Shown: piece by piece, positions 22,710 to 37,600 of the stretch
Layout: each line of letters begins with the position of its first letter
Numbering within the stretch: the first letter of the stretch is position 1
NCBI GenBank assembly: GCA_965285935.1
Contig: OZ260666.1
Span: 32,302,001-32,366,000, forward strand
Length of the DNA: 64,000 bases
DNA from: Ophelia neglecta
Taxonomy: Eukaryota
Direction: 5' to 3'
The notes under the pieces: model-generated
Databases searched by the model: none
What the model was told of the DNA's origin: nothing
Seen by the model: only the letters and a program-made list of their open reading frames with translations
Made by a program: the position numbers and the translations under genes

Positions 22710-23823
22710 ATGTGTTTTTTGTCATGATGGTATCCCATGTTGTCTTAGTTGAGTGTGTTTTTGTCATGACGGTGCCCCATGCTGTCTTAGTTGAGTGTGT
22801 TTTTGTCATGATGGTGCTCCATGTTGTCTTAGTTCGAGTGTGTTTTTGTCATGATGGTGTCCCATGTTGTCTTAGTTGAGTGTGTTTTTGTCATGATGGT
22901 GCTCCATGTTGTCTTAGTTTGAATGTGTTTTTGTCATGATGGAGTCCCATGTTGTCTTAGTTGAGTGTGTTTTTGTCATGATGGTGCTCCATGTTGTCTA
23001 AGTTTGAGTGTGTTTTTGTCATGATGGTGTCCCATGTTGTCTTAGTTTGAGTGTGTTTTTGTCTTGATGGTGTCCCATGTTGTCTTAGTTTGAGTGTGTT
23101 TTTGTCATGACGGTGTCCCATGCTGTCTTAGTTTAGGTGTGTTTTTGTCATGATGGTGTCCCATGTTGTCTTAGTTTGAGTGTGTTTTTGTCATGATGGT
23201 GTCCCATGTTGTCTTAGTTTCAGTGTGTTTTTGTCATGATGGTGTCCCATGTTGTCTTAGTTTAGGTGTGTTTTTGTCATGATGGTGTCCCATGTTGTCT
23301 TAGTTTGAGTGTGTTTTTGTCATGATGGTGTCCCATGTTGTCTTAGTTTGAGTGTGTTTTTGTCATGATGGTGTCCCATGTTGTCTTAGTTTGAGTGTGT
23401 TTTTGTCATGATGGTGTCCCATGTTGTCTTAGCCTTAGTGTGTTTTTGTCATGATGGTGTCCCATGTTGTCTTAGTTTGAGTGTGTTTTTGTCATGATGG
23501 TGTCCCATGTTGTCTTAGCCTTAGTGTGTTTTTGTCATGATGGTGTCCCATGTTGTCTTAGTTTGAGTGTGTTTTTGTCCTGATGGTGTCCCATGTTGTC
23601 TTAGTTTGAGTGTGTTTTTGTCATGATGGTGTCCCATGTTGTCTTAGTTTGAGTGTGTTTTTGTCATGATGGTGCCCCATGTTGTCTTAGTTTCAGTGTG
23701 TTTTTGTCATGATGGTGTCCCATGTTGTCTTAGTTTAGGTGTGTTTTTGTCATGATGGTGCCCCATGTTGTCTTAGTTTGAGTGTGTTTTTGTCCTGATG
23801 GTGCCCCATGTTGTCTTAGTTTG
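22710..23823. repeat. 42/43-nt minisatellite, ~26 copies, intronic
   Basis: Unit GTGTGTTTTTGTCATGATGGTGTCCCATGTTGTCTTAGTTTGA, head-to-tail with no unique spacers. Confidence 0.98.
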
Positions 23824-25436
23824 ATACACAAGCTGACATAGATTGAAGTCATGTTACATTAGTATAGTTAATGGTGTCTTACCATCAACTCTGATACATA
23901 CTTGGCTGTAAATTTATATCAACTGACAGCCTCATCAACTAGAAGAAATTTGGTGCTGGCATGAAAACATTTGATTAAAAATTGATGACAAAAGATAATT
24001 TGCATGCTCCATATACCAACACTAACAGGTTGATAAAAACTAATACAAAGGTGTCAGTCATTTGATATAATGGGCGTACGTTAATTATACAATGCTTATT
24101 GCATTGATTGTGTGGCTAAATCACACCGTAACAGTAAGAGAAATGACAATGATTTGACACAAAATACTTTGTTAAATGGCATTACCATAGCTTTTAGAGC
24201 ATTGCACAGTTGTCTGTAACAAGAATATTAAGGCAATCATATGCCCTGTGTCAAATCCACATGCAATGAATAGAAATTACTTGTAACAAGGAGTTAGAAA
24301 TACTTCAAATCACAATACAATCCTTAGAATATCGACATTTAGAGTTTCTAATTGCCTGTTCATCTGGTAGACTAGTCGAGTATCCAGATTCACAAGATAC
24401 ATGTACATGTATATGTTTCTGCCTGATGACTGACAACCAATCCATCAGCTTTAAATTCAATGTTTTACACCCAATCCATCATGGACAATCAAAATGGTTA
24501 AAAAACGCACCCACACATCTAAAAGCCTGAATAACTGCTATAATAGTCTGCTTTGGGGCATATAATTTACATATACATGTTAAGACAGTTGTTCACCGTC
24601 AAAGCATGCACCTAGTCTTAATAAAGTCCCCACATGGGTAAAGCAGGGTAGTTTCTGTTACCAGTTTGTATATTTAATAACAATAAACCATTGTAGGATT
24701 GCACAAACCGGGAGTATTAAGGGTGTGGGACCACCAGCACACCTGGTGTGGAGTTGAGAACAGGAGACTGAGGAGAGATGAGCCAATCCACTTAGAGCCC
24801 ACAACACTCCTGTCAGACACACCACAAGCTCAAAACTCATCACTGTTTTGACATATTCACTTGTCTGCTTATCCAGGGAATGCAAACAGTGGCTTTGGAG
24901 GTGGGGAGCTTGAGAAAATATTGTTGGATGGCTCCTGAACTACAGCAGTCACTTATAGCAAGTTAACAGGACTCAGGTGAGAAGTGAGTAGATGACTAGA
25001 GAGAAGCTCTTGGCAACTGCTTTACTTGATGTTTTAATCAAACTGCCCAGACTGGTAACAGAACAAAGTGTGTTGGCCCTCAGGGACCAGCACTAATCTA
25101 CCTGAGGGATCAGCAGTACTCTACACATTACATGTAGGTTTCAGATACAAATCTGGTGCCACCAGTTTAGGCACCAGCCTTTTTCTGTCAGCAGTGACAC
25201 TCAGCGTACTAAGAGCAGGTTTAATATTGCTTACCATATACATGTACATGTATAGAACTAAATGATACACCTGTGAAAGGGATGTCACTGGGCTGTGTAC
25301 ACTTCTGACCGGGGCCTATATCTAGCGGTTGGTGGTGTTTACAAATTGAGTGACAGGGTATGACAGGGCTGGTAAACCTGGTGATATAGCACCCCAGCTG
25401 ATGCTCACACACAGCCCTAATCTGACATGTACAGGA

Positions 25437-25547
25437 CCAGCCAACACTTCATCTCAACCCTATCTTAACCACAGGTTCTGCTCAGTTTGGCCAGCCAACA
25501 CCCCACTTCCTCTCAACCCTATCTAAACCACAGGTTCTGCTCAGTTT
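25437..25547. repeat. ~55-nt imperfect tandem duplication
   Basis: CCAGCCAACAC...TCTCAACCCTATCT.AACCACAGGTTCTGCTCAGTTT occurs twice. Confidence 0.9.
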
Positions 25548-28500
25548 CACTCAATTTTGCTCCTGTTTACACAAGAATTTTTATGACCTCATTAAAAAAC
25601 ACTTCAGATTACGTATCTTATCCTTGTGATCAAAATATCAATCAGATCAAATGGTCAATAGGAGGAATTTTATTATGATGCAATATTATACACAAGACAC
25701 TTAATTCTTATTACCTTTTTTATGTCATAAAGCATAACAGCTGGCCAGAACAATATTATTTCAGGCCAAAGATAACAAAGAACTTGATCTTTTGGCTGGC
25801 AGCTTATTATCAGTCAATCTAAGTGTAAAACACTCCTAGTGTTTAGTACTGTATGGCCAGAGCATGCCCAAAGAACAAGGCGAAAAGGTCAAAGTCATCA
25901 GCAAAAAGGGCAGCCTATGTAGAGTTTATCAAAGCTAATGTTCTGAAGCCAATAGAAGCCAGTTCTGGTGATTAAAGGACTAACTCAACAAATAGCTTGA
26001 CCTCTGCCAGTGACGAAGGCTACCAGTCTCAATTTATGGAGAGCTCTGTTTCTGGCCTGGCAGACTTTACTGAGGTGTGGTCAAAAAGATGATTAGCACA
26101 GAAATCTTTAAACTGCCCACTCCTCAATGGCCCGCCCGTCTTTCTTAAATACATGAATTGTGATATTTACATTTGTAGAGCTGTTTGTCTGACCAGTGTC
26201 ATGCCCATTCTGACCCTGAGGAGAACCTTGTGTTCCTGCATCCACCTCAGCCTTTAGAATACAAGTCACATTATACCTGATCACATACATAGGCTTGGTG
26301 TATTCTATGAAGGATAACCTGTTTATAGGCGAGTGACTTGGTGTGCATTGCTCTGACCTTTGCAGTCCTTGCCTGACCCTGTGAACACTGCCATCAACTT
26401 GCTGATGATGGACAAGGCAGCTCCCTGGGGCTGAAGACAACTCTGAGACCTGTCCTGCCTTGGATTACAGCCTGCAGACAAGGGGGTGTACCCAGATCAA
26501 AGGATGCTTGTGTTTTTGTTAAACTGCTAATCATGGCAGCAATGGGTGTGCTGTCAAAAGCACCTGTTTGGCTGATAATATCTGATAATTTATAATCCAT
26601 AAGGTAACTTCACCAGTGTATGTCAAGCAACCTGCCAGTATCTCTACTGTAAGTCTCCCTCTACCAGGGCCACTGCTAAATGTTTGCATACCACTGGTGT
26701 AAGAATTCTACTGACTTGACTTAGCAAATTACTTTGGCTGGCCTCATGGGAGAAAAGAGAATGTCAGTACCCTAGACTCTAATCATCAAATCTCAGAGTA
26801 ATGCACCCTCATTTGTGTAAACTCTCTGACCAATTTTTCTTGCACTGATCAAAGCCACCAGTGACTTCCTAGATGAGGCTGCATTCTTCATGGAGCTGAT
26901 TATTTGTTTTCTTGGCAGAACTGGCTAAACAAAGCTAGAAAACAAGTTGAATTATGACAAAAATACTTAGAAATCTTCATAAAAAGCAAGCATAGCAAAG
27001 CAGAAAGTAAAGGTATTTAACTTAGGTCGTCAAAGGGTAGCAGGCTGCCCCAGTGCCCTCAGATACCTCCCAGAGGTGATGAAGGCAACACCCATCTCCT
27101 GGAGCACACCGGGAGAGTAGGCTTCTGTTCAAGTCATTAGCTCTCTGACAGACAGAGGTGTCAAGTCAAAACAATAGGCGGAGATAGCCTCATCAGCAAC
27201 TAGCTTTATCTTCTAGCTGGCTGCTGAAAGATGCTCTGTTTGCTAGGTCTAGTCACTGAGACATCCTTCTAAGCAATCAAAAGAGTGTTGTACCCACCAT
27301 ATTTTAGTCAAGCTGGCATAAGCAATCAGAGAGGATTTGGCATATGTATGTGACATGGAGGAGAGATGTGATGCTGTAGAAGGAAACCCACCACTGTTGT
27401 CTTAGGTGTCCCAACTCCAAGTCCAAGTCTCCCTCTTCATTTGGGGTTAAATTACCTTAATTAATATCATGCCAGATGATAGACTAATATTTTCCATGGA
27501 TCACATCTACCTTAAAAGTTTGATCAGGAAAACACATTTAGCTATATGATAGTCAAACATAATTAAGATGGTCCAGTGCTCCAGGAAACTGGTAAAACCT
27601 TTGTAATGAGAATCTCTATGAGGCCCCTGATTAAATCACTGCCATATTCACTGACATAAGAAAAGCCATAAAAACCCTTACAAGGTTAATTAAGCTCCCA
27701 CACCTCATGAAAGACGATGAAATTTCATCTGTTTACCTCGAAGTTTTTCCTGGATAAAAAAGCTAATTCAATCATGTTGAGCGGAATGTGAGCGGCCATA
27801 CAACAAAAACTATCACTGGCTGTTAAAATAATTTAAGTAAACTAATACAGTCTGAGGGCATGTGGTCCTGGTTACATTCTATAGCTAACAAAGTCCATGG
27901 GAGAGGGCTGCTAAACCCATCTCTCTACGGCTTCCACCCCTAATATCAGTCGCCTGTCACATTAGTGTAATAGGCCTGTTGCCTTGTCACCCATCTACCA
28001 CTGGTTCTAATCACCCCGGATGCTGCACATCATTCTGCTGTCTATCTACACCATGGAGCCTTAACATTTCACAAATATCCAACCTGATCAAACTAGCACT
28101 CGCATTACTAATGTCCTACTAATTGAGAGCAGGCACTGTATTCATATTTCTGTAACTTTATAAAAATCAAATGTTGATCGGTGAAAAACACTCATCAAAG
28201 GAAGAGTTGACAATGTTTAAGTTCCATATAAATAGAAATATCATATGCCTCAGATTCTTCAAACAATTTTTATCATGAACAGGTTGAGTGCAGAATTGAA
28301 CTCTTGTCTGGTATGTTAAGGAATAAATGTGGCATGATGTAAGATTTTGTGAACATAATTTAGTCAGCTCTGCTTCATGTAAAATTCCAATATGGAATTA
28401 CATGTGTGTGGTAGATCAAGAATATTTATATGAAATCTTCCTTGGTGGTATTTGAAATCTTGACACTCTTATTATTGAAATCACATGGAATATAAACATT

Positions 28501-28562
28501 AACACAAAGGGTGGTGCCTTAATGTATTCCAAGGTGGTGGGGGTGATGTTGATGATATGGGC

Positions 28563-28627
28563 GGGAGGGATGCAGGCGAGGCGGTCCTGGTGAGGGAGGG
28601 ATGCAGGCGAGGCGGCCCTGGTGAGGG
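28563..28627. repeat. 31-nt GC-rich tandem duplication
   Basis: GGGAGGGATGCAGGCGAGGCGG(T/C)CCTGGTGA x2. Confidence 0.9.
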
Positions 28628-31600
28628 TCCTTGTCCCTCCTAAAGAATACAACAAAGCTAAACACACCATCCCCCACCCCATCCCAAAACTGAACCAGCC
28701 ATCTTTAAGTGAAGGATGGATGCTGACACACCTTAAGCAGTGACCTGAGGTTTGGTCAATTTCAGTGGCAGACAAATGTTTATTTTATATCTGGGCTGGT
28801 AGTGATCTAGTAAGCTGGTGAAAGAACTATTAGAGTCAAATGAAGTAGTGGCCGGCATCCTCATCATCATCAGCACTTGGTGAAAGACGACACACACACC
28901 GCTCACTACAGGAGATGACAAGCTGCCATAACAGGCCTCAAAACGGAGGCAGCCACCGTCAGCCTACCCCAGGAGAAACCATTCAATGTCACCCGCTTGT
29001 GTCAGATCTCTCATTTTTTAGGCTCACTTCTCTTTCAAACTGAAATGTTATGGTATCTGTCTAATTATGAGTGAGTCTACCAGATGACAACTTGGACCTG
29101 GTAGAAATGTGGCAGCTAATCAGTTACCACTTTATTCTTTTATGGACACAAAACCAAGTGTGATGAAAAGACACAGGCACTTTGAAGAATAAATGCCTCC
29201 CAATAGCAGATTTTTTTATACTTGCTCAGCTTTGTGACTATCTATTAAGCTATCATTTTCTACCCAGTCTTTCATCTATGATACCTTTCCATAGCACACA
29301 TCAGATAAAGTTGGTCCATTCTCACTATAAACATTGTAATTATCTGTATAACCAGAGTGTAACGAAGTCACCTCATATACCATACTGACAGAACAAAGTG
29401 GCATTGTCAACCAATACACTGCTTTTGCATTAGTAGATATTGGGAGCTTTTGACAGCTGAATAGCTGACTCTAAATGCTTTTAAGGGCCATCATAATAAT
29501 TACACCTGTAGGAACTAAGACCTCAGATATATGTATATGGCAGTTTTATCCAGATTGGACAGGCCGTCCATCAGCTTGATTTACCTGTCTGCATCCAACA
29601 TTTAAAATGACAGTGTCTTAAAAATACTGGCACCTGAGTTTGACTTAAGGCAGTCAAAGTTTCATCACAACAGATAAAGCCCACACAATTCTACCTCATA
29701 AAACAAAACACTTTGTGGAACAAATGATAGATATTGTGTGAGGGCATGACCAGAGACAATCCTTTCACAGCTAAGCCTACAGAGAAGATGTACAGTCTGA
29801 TCATTATGCTGGTAGTAATTGTGGCGAAAAGATTTTAAACACAGAAAGAAGGAAACGATAAACTATTTTGACAGGATCCTTCATTTAAATCATTTATTAT
29901 CTGACTTGGGTTCAAGAAAGATCAGCCAAAGATCATGTATTTAACACTGTTTTAGTGGTATGTGAGAAACGGTAAAATAGGGTGAGAAATTGTGTAAATG
30001 TGCATGTACCTGTTGGTGATTTTTACAATTGCCTATTCATGCAACTATTTCATAAACAATTTGCATGAATCTTCTGCTTTTGTTACATAAACTTTTGCTG
30101 TAAGTTTAGGCACATTTCCGCCAAATAAAAAAAACTTGGTTTTTAAAGCTTTGCTGCGGGTCTAGGCAAGTCTTAAAACATGGTGTACCTGTAATTCTGT
30201 AGAGTCAAGTTTCACTAAGACCAAAGCATTTAAAATGCCATGTTGGCTAAGATTACATGTTAAAGCCGAGAATTTTGCTCCTTAAATATAGGCTGTGCGG
30301 AGATCTTACAATTACTGTGGTTTTTCAAGTTTTAACCATGGCAAAAGATAGCTGCAAAATGTATTTTTTCGCAAGTTCATAAATACTTGTTGTCTAAAAT
30401 ATTGAGAATTTATTATCTACAAGTATTTCTCTCCAGTGCAGTAAAGGCATGCTTGCATAAGAAGTGTACTTTTGTTACATCACAGTTTCTTTGGGAAATA
30501 TCCACTGTCAGTTGTTATTTGCAGTGCAAGCATAACTTGTAATTAAAGTGTTTTTCTCCAAATGTTGCGGTATCTCGCCCATTTCGCAAGGAGATTATAT
30601 AGAAATGGCCCTGCTAGAACAATTTACCAGTATAACCTACAGCATAAACAATGTGGAGGGTCATTTAAGAGCAGACTGATAAATTCATTGAAAAGACAGA
30701 AATGTATCCTAAGCACCGTTGAAACCCTCTAACTACCTCATAGGTAAGAGACAAGATCAAATTCTCAACAACTATGCAATTTACAAACAAAAGATACAAG
30801 TAAGAACCTATCAAATTTCTCATACATGGGAATTTCCTGGCACTAGGCGATTGAGAAGGGAAGGGTGAGGGGTGGCCAAATACTTCATCTGTCATAGCCT
30901 CAGAGAGTTTTCTCATGGTGCATGCCAAGGGATATGAACATCCCTGGCTTGGTGGCCTGCTAACGCTACATGTAGTCCAGAAAATACTAATGAATCAGCC
31001 TGTGTGTGTAATTTTACCTGGTGGCACTGGTTTAACAAAAACTCTTGAGCCATTAAAATGAGGAAAAATGTAATAATTAGACTTAGATTCTGATCCCATG
31101 CCATTCAAAACGTGCCCTAGCCACATGTATGGTGTCAATTTTAAAACATGGCTAGGATCAAGTTTAATCCATTTTGTATTAATTTTTCTTTGAATCATTA
31201 ATTAATAAGTATGTTTTATTAGTAAACAAGGATCAGAATGGTGTTTAGGCCTGACTGTATGACTAGAATGTACATGAACTGTACATGTGCTACTCTAAGT
31301 CCCAGGAGAAGCATAAATTTGATAAATGCTGCAGGTTATACTGAAGTTTTTGCTATCTGGTGTATCATATAGACCTACTTAAGTCATAACTTGGTGAGAA
31401 GAATTGATAAATCACTCCTGGGCAACTGACTTTTACTGCACCCCCTAGGAGAGTTGTTAAAAAGATCATCTCACTTGCCAGTTCTCTCTGGCAATAACTG
31501 ATCAGAGAGCAAGTGCCATCAAATACCACTGAACACAACACCTGAACATACCAGTAGACAGCTGTAAACAGGCAAACTAGGTACGGTTTCTCTGAGATAT

Positions 31601-34600
31601 TGTTTAATTTTTCATGATGATTATCAGTCATTGATTCCCCTCTATTATACAACCTTTGACATAACAACCACTTCCTAGAAGTAAGCCACCTATTGGCAAC
31701 GGGTGACATGTACATTCAAATACTTTCTTTTATTTCTAAACTGATCTGCTAAGAAGTAAGTGGTTATTGAGTTCTAATTTATAAAAAGTTTTCTAGGTGG
31801 ATGGGTCAGATGTTTTTCTGACTAAAATGTGTTAGTAAAGGAAGGTAAAAGGTTAGTTGTTCAATAAATAGATAAAAGAAAGTTCCATAAACTTTCGCAC
31901 ATTAAAATTGGTTTCCACGTTTAAGATCTACTACATTTTGTAGTAGAGATCTATAGATCACTCAAACTCTGCTTTTGGTGAATTCTTATCTCAAAATTCT
32001 GCAAAGGCTCTGTGCATGATGGCAACAAAGAAAATCAAAAATACATTTCAAATGTAAACAAATGGGAAATTACTCCCACCTGGCAGGAAGACATATGTAT
32101 CCTTTCTATTCTTTGCCCTATTCAGATAAATGATCCAACAATCCGTGATAGGAAAGCTCTGTGTGAAGGCAATTTACTCTCCAGCACTGAGCAATGCATG
32201 TTTAAAGTCCTGGCAAATATTCAGGCTTAGGACAAATGGACAAGCATAGCTACTTCGTAACGTCTACTTAGTTAAAACGTGCCCAACGTAATTGAAAATA
32301 TTTTCAGGATATGTGTCAAGCGATTGTTGGTCTACTTTGGAGTTCCCATGTCAATAAAGGCAGGTGGTCAGTCAGATGTGATATGTACATACAATATAAG
32401 TAAATCACGAGATGCTCAACTCAATGGACCAGGCTATTTCATACTGAGTAATATGGTTAAGTCTTCTGTAATCATAATTGTAATCTCAAACAGCTACCAG
32501 TTACTAGTAATTAACAAAACTGGGAGATTGGACATTTTTCAATTTGAAGGCATTACTAGAATGTCCAATGTTCACCATTTAATTTCCTGGTTTTAATAAA
32601 GAAACAGGACCTGAGATTGTAGCCACTGATGACCTTTAGAGAAGGAGACACTGGCCAGCTGCAGGTTCACAACACAGCAGTGAAGACATTCTCTCTCTCT
32701 CAATAAAGAACCAAACATGATATACTGCACTTGATCTTTGACCCCTTTCTCCGTGATCTGACCTTTACCCTTTGTCCTATCTGTATGTAGTGACCCCAGG
32801 GCTGGACTCTCATTAAAAACAGGAATATATCACGTTAAACTACAACCAATATCATTGAGCAAATAAGTCCAGGTATGTGAATGATTAATTACCTGTCCCC
32901 TGAAAATGTCATGGCTAAGAGAGTTCCTTGAATGAGATATATTTGATATTGACATCTTACACAGTGGAGATGAGACTGGGTTGAACTAGGGAAGACAGTT
33001 TCAGTGGAGGAGAAAAACTGACATGCCACCCTCAATAACGGCTCATTTTGAAGAGCAAGTTAATGAATATGCAATTTTCACACTTAACCAACTAAAGCAG
33101 TTTACTGATGATATTTACCTTTAGTAGCAGCACAGAGAAAATGGACACCCAGTCATGATTACAAACTAATGTTTCTCCACCTTTTGATGTATCTATACAT
33201 AGATAGATGAAGCCCTCTTAATGAAGACAAACATGAATGCCAAACACACCTTATCTGTTTTATAAATACACAATGATTTGATCTGTATGAGTGGTGGCCA
33301 TGAATTAAGCACATAATGCCATGTTTTAGAGACAGCCTCCTTAGCAATAGCACCATTATCAGATAGATGTGTTGGAACCTCAGGCTAACTTCAAGGCCAT
33401 GTGTCTGCTAGACACCCATGTTGTACCCTTCTGATGTCCCCCTCACAGCCACCAACACATCCTAAAAGATAAATTTTGAAGAAGATAGCTGGGAGAAGGT
33501 AAAACAACTGATGATGAATGGTATAATCATCATTTGTGATAACTTGAATTGTAAAGATATCAACCTTGGGGGTATTTTTTTTAAACTGGGACACTACATT
33601 AAATTTTTTTATATTGTAGCATACCTGATACAAAAACTTAATATTCACTTTCTGTTTTATTCATAGACAGGTGAGGTACCTGCACATTCCGATTGTTAGC
33701 TAATTAGCCTGGTAGAATTCAGCATTTGATTTGATACATTCACCTAATACCATGGTTGACCCCACAGTTTGTGTCAAACTGTACAGTGGCTCATAGCATG
33801 AAATTAGAAAATTGACTTGAACAATGGTTTGATAACTGATTGAGAATACCCAGGGATCACTCCCTAACTAAGGGCCTATAGTCCAGTTACGGAGGGGCGG
33901 TACAGGAGGCTTGGTAGGCTTGTGATCAGCCCAGGACTGCATCCCAAGGGTATACAACAGTGATCAGGTTCATTTGTACTGTGTACCAAGTGGTTAAATC
34001 CGTAGTCAGGGACGGCTTAGAGTCAATTTTACAATCTCAAATTAAAGGTCAGATTCACTGATTAATAGGGCAAGATGAAATAAAAAGGAGCAGTGTTTAG
34101 AGTGTAAATTATAATGAAACACATTCTTGAACAAAGTCACCTCTAAGCAATATGTGAAGTGGCTCAAGTTTATACCTTAAACTTGTGTACCAAAATAAAT
34201 CAATGGCTAAGTTTAACATCATTTTACAACCTAAATTAATGAAATTGCAATTCCCACTTAAAATGTATTATTTTTCAGATATTGGTTTAACCTGTGATGT
34301 GGCCTACAGGTCACAAGGTGTATTTAATGGCCTAGCCAGGTGGTCCACAGCAGACGGAGAGGTTGTATTATGAGGATCTAGAGCCATGTGATCCCCAGTC
34401 ACACTGTCACATAGATGTGTGCATGTGGATGAGTTACATGATGGGGGGGGGGGGGGGGGGGGGAGGGGATGGTCAACAGCCTTCTGATATCTAACCACAA
34501 CAAACACCAGGCAGATAACACCTCTCAGCCACTTCAAAGACCTCCAAATTGAATTTCTACTCATATTATCAAATTGATACACAGGGAGCTTATTTCCTGT

Positions 34601-37600
34601 AGTGGTTGTGGTGATATAAGCATTTGCTGATTGTTCAGCATTATTTCCAGTTAAAAACTGTCAGTAGCTTAACATTACTCTTCCAAAGGACTGAAAGGTA
34701 GACAAACCTTGCTGATCCTTAGGCCATGCTTCTGCATACAAGCTAGCTTACCACACACCTACATGTACATTATGTACAGTTTCACTTTAAATGCACTCAA
34801 CAATATCATGTTAAGACCCCTAAAACATCACCATTCATTATAAGTTTTGTATAGTTTCAATAGAATGGAGGAAGTTTGGAAGTACGAGTTGTATAGCAGG
34901 GTGGATTAGGTTTCTAATTTGCAATATTGACATGTTTGGAATGAGAATTGAAATACCTGTCTAGAAGTGGGAGAGGGGCCAGTACGTGCTCCATCATTTC
35001 AATAGCCAGGGGTGTTGAAATGGGGGTGTAAACTACACCATTCTCCAGCCTAATCCTTTACATGTGTGTAGTGTTTGATGCAGTTTACATTTAATGACTA
35101 CTCTATTACCATACCAGACAATGTCCAACTAGCTTTTAATATTCAGGAACATTTTCCCACTCTCGTGTACCAAGAAAATATGTCTCTGTATTGTTTCGTC
35201 AAAATTATGATAGTATTACAATTGTATAAACAGTGATCAGACGTTTGGATTAAAGATAACGGTACTCTGCTGAAGCTTATCAATTTTTTGTAGCCTAAAG
35301 GGATCAAGAATGATATAAAAAGTGATACACTACGATTACAAATGGCTTGTGCAAACTAGAGAGTAATGTTGAAATAACTAGTAATTTGTCATATAACAGA
35401 CTGTTCAAACATAAATTAATCTTATCATGAAAATAAACAAACAGAATTACCCAATTTGTTACAATTTGTTTTTTATAATGTAACTTCAGTTTAATCATTT
35501 CTGTGATAAATTAACTTTCTCACACAAAAATGGCTTGCCACCGCATGTTACCGACATATACCAAGTCCTTCATGTCACTTATGGATGTGAAACTATAGCT
35601 TATTACTCTACAGTTATAATAAATGGCAGTCCTGAATAAAAAACACCACTATTCATTAAATACTTGGCACAGACTGACGTTCATGGTATATTAGATACTG
35701 AAAACTCTCCACAGTCTCCTGCAGCCATGTGGACTGTTAAGCTGTGAACAATGTAGAATAATGTTACAAATTCCCTACTTTAATGTAGCAAAAATATATT
35801 TTCTCATTATGATTATATATCAATATACTGGAGTACCTCAGCCATATCAATTAACACAATTTACTGCTTCAAGATTATAAGAGTAATCTAAAAGGTAACT
35901 AACCAATAAACTATTTACTTGTCTGTGTCTTTATATTTATCAATCCCGGTTTATTTCAGTTTTAACTTTGCATACTCTTCATTTTTGTCTGAATGCCTAC
36001 ATAAATCTCAGGGCCTAAAAGTGACATTCTGTTGCCTTATATATCCTGGATTGAAAGGCTTCCTTCGGCAGTCAACGTAAATATTTTCTAAAATCTACTA
36101 TTACTTAGGATCCGATCAGCCAACTACTGACTGAAGAGAGTGACAGAATTCTGCAAGGATCTATGGTTTGTCATCAAGGTGACAGGGGTTGTCATTGGTG
36201 CATGTGGTAAGGAAAATTCAATGACAAGATTCCTACATTACCACCCAGGCCAGCTTTTATTAAACCTAACATTAGGTTTTGACTGACCTGCTTGTGGGTA
36301 GTTGTACTGTAGAAACACTTGTTCTATTTGATGGAGAACCTTTGTACCACTGATCTTCAATTGAGCTTGCAACTTTTTATTCAATGACAACACAAGAATT
36401 TTATTTTGACTGAATTTATGTTTGCATTTTCCTTCCTTGCAAAATTTGGAAATAAATTCCTGGGCCACAATACACCGTTGTTAGTATACTGAAATAATAT
36501 ATATTCATATTTCAGATGAATATTGAAACATATTCATTTGTATGAACAAGGTGGAATGATCCTGGTATCCTTTGATGTAACATTGCCGAGCAACCACAGG
36601 TTGGAATGTAACCTATGTTTATACAACATCAAAACACTAGAGGGAAAGCTTACCTCTGGAGTACGCATAAAGGCATTTAAAATGGTTTACATCACGAAGT
36701 ACTAAAACTATCTAATGAATATTTATATAAGACAAAACATTGAAACTGAAGAAATGGTGTCTTCAAATTGTAAGAAAGTTTGACTGCTTGATTCCTTTGA
36801 TATTTTACATGACTTAATTATGACACATATGATTAATGGTCCCAGCACAGTACACTTACTTGGGCAATGAGTGGGTGTGAACGGTTTTATTTCCAGTCAA
36901 GATTTGACAAGGAAAATTGTTGTATCAAATGTACAGCAGGAGTCGTCAAGAATAGCACAAGTTGATAGACAAAAATCATTAACAATTTATGTTTCTTTCA
37001 GGAGGTAATGGGAGCCGTGTGTTCACATATATTGTGAGATTAATTAAGTCACTTCTGTCAAGTCGAACCATTTTGAAAGATGAATGAAACAAAATATGTT
37101 AGACATCTCACCAAGTGTGGCAACAGACATGACAACACAGTGAATCTTGATGTTTCCAAACTTTAATGTTCATTTAAAACAAGGCAAAGTTCAATTCATG
37201 TCACAAATGTACATAGAATTTATCTATATCTAGAATGAATCTTGAAGATAATCAATCAATTATTGCTAGTATAAAACAGAGTTTCAATAATGACAGCTTC
37301 TAGACTAGTAAAATTCCAATGGTTAATACTGAACTAGAAAATGTAACTTTCACATTCAAGTACATGCTGGGTGTGTATGCAAAATAATACCATATATATA
37401 TATATTTATTTTTACAGTTAAAGGCTATTCTATAGCAACTACATTCTACTTCACTTCTGAACCTAACACACCAATAAGACTTAGTACTTGATTCTCTGTG
37501 AAACTTTCTAATCCAGTACATCTGAGGGTTAACTGCCAGTGCAGTGTGTGCAGGATTCAGCTGCAAATTACTGAATATATGTAGAGCTATCAATAAGGAT

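Noticed and set aside
22710-23823. CRISPR-like regular array (likewise 8514-8917 and 10676-11085)
   Set aside because: Units are head-to-tail with no unique spacers, there are no cas genes, and the context is a spliced eukaryotic gene.
29941-30620. Possible non-autonomous DNA transposon remnants (also ~380-700, ~35110-35560, ~63130-63560)
   Set aside because: The sequence texture is suggestive, but I could not identify terminal inverted repeats, target-site duplications or a second copy; a repeat-library search is needed.
33648-33676. Plus-strand Y-tract + ACAG|GTGAGG ratchet-like motif
   Set aside because: It is antisense to the host gene, has an extra AG 4 nt upstream and no plus-strand gene is evident. 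It shows that weaker AG|GT matches arise by chance.
34443-34468. Long poly-G tracts (also ~5454-5485, 6115-6136, 8177-8199, 10236-10271, 50495-50517) as functional G-quadruplexes
   Set aside because: Simple mononucleotide microsatellites with no positional pattern; their lengths are also prone to sequencing error.
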